NCBI GenBank assembly: GCA_028534125.1
Contig: CM052817.1
Span: forward strand, 37,450,001 to 37,514,000
Length of the DNA stretch: 64,000 nt
DNA from: Lama glama
Taxonomy: Eukaryota
Reading direction: 5' to 3'
How positions within the stretch are numbered: the first letter of the stretch is position 1; each line of letters opens with the position of its first letter. The notes beneath the pieces were generated by a model. That model saw only the letters and a program-made list of their open reading frames with translations. It had not been told where the DNA came from and did not search any database. Position numbers and translations under genes: made by a program. This document shows positions 63,496-64,000 of this stretch, one piece after another.

Positions 63496-63599
63496 CTTTA
63501 TTGGAGTCTTCATGGTTTGTTGTTTCTATTGGCAATTCATCACTTCCCCATGTTATGTCATCATCATCAGTCTTCTTTTCTTCTGACTTTTGAACTAAG
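63496..63599 (-). CDS. PTPN13: PTPN13 internal exon upstream of the PTP domain (LVQKSEEKKTDDDDITWGSDELPIETTNHEDSNK)
   Basis: Acceptor gtcatag|. Peptide matches recalled human LIQKPQEKKTDDDEITWGNDELPIERTNHEDSDK. The donor appears to be AG|GCAAGA. Confidence 0.88.
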
Positions 63600-64000
63600 C
63601 TATGACAATAAAACATATTTATAATATTTTCTTCAGTTTTGTCTCCAAAATAAATTTAAATATTATGTACTTGAACTACATATGTTCACTACAGTTATTA
63701 AGCTATTTAAAAATAGATTACCTGATTGAAAAAACTCACATCCTCAACTGTTAAAATTTATTGGTAGATATAAATTAAACTGAGGTATGGAATTGTTCAG
63801 TGTGGTTTAAATTTTGCCCTCAAACAAATCCCAAGTCTTTGAACCTTAGATTGAAGGAGTCCTCTTGGGGATGGAGAACATAGGGCTTTGCTTCCAACCT
63901 TCCACATGGATAAGTAATTACAATTGTGTCAGATGGCTCTCTCTTTTTTTTTTTAACAGCTGTCTACTATTGTTCTGTATGAAAGATTCTTAATTTAATT

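Overview
Mammalian genomic DNA, most likely a camelid (tRNA-derived SINEs and L1 3' ends of the type I associate with Camelidae). It contains the conserved C4orf36 - SLC10A6 - PTPN13 neighbourhood. C4orf36 is on the + strand with a CpG-island promoter (~17.9-18.85 kb) and three coding exons giving 117 aa. SLC10A6/SOAT, the sodium-dependent steroid-sulfate transporter, is on the + strand with six coding exons giving 379 aa as read. The 3' end of PTPN13 lies convergently on the - strand. The rest is L1, MIR, MaLR/ERV LTR, SINE and DNA-transposon remnants, plus two 500-N scaffold gaps. I found no new gene system or prokaryotic-type element. The most notable observations are: (1) a ~350-bp element joining an L1 5' end directly to an L1 3' tail, a candidate non-autonomous bipartite retroelement; (2) an apparent 1-nt deletion that swaps the SLC10A6 C-terminal tail; (3) most PTPN13 phosphatase-domain exons missing across a 500-N gap; (4) a diverged ~140-bp duplication in the SLC10A6 3' region; (5) several splice, uORF and enhancer-motif features. 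Gene and repeat identities come from recalled homology, not database searches. Repeat boundaries are approximate.
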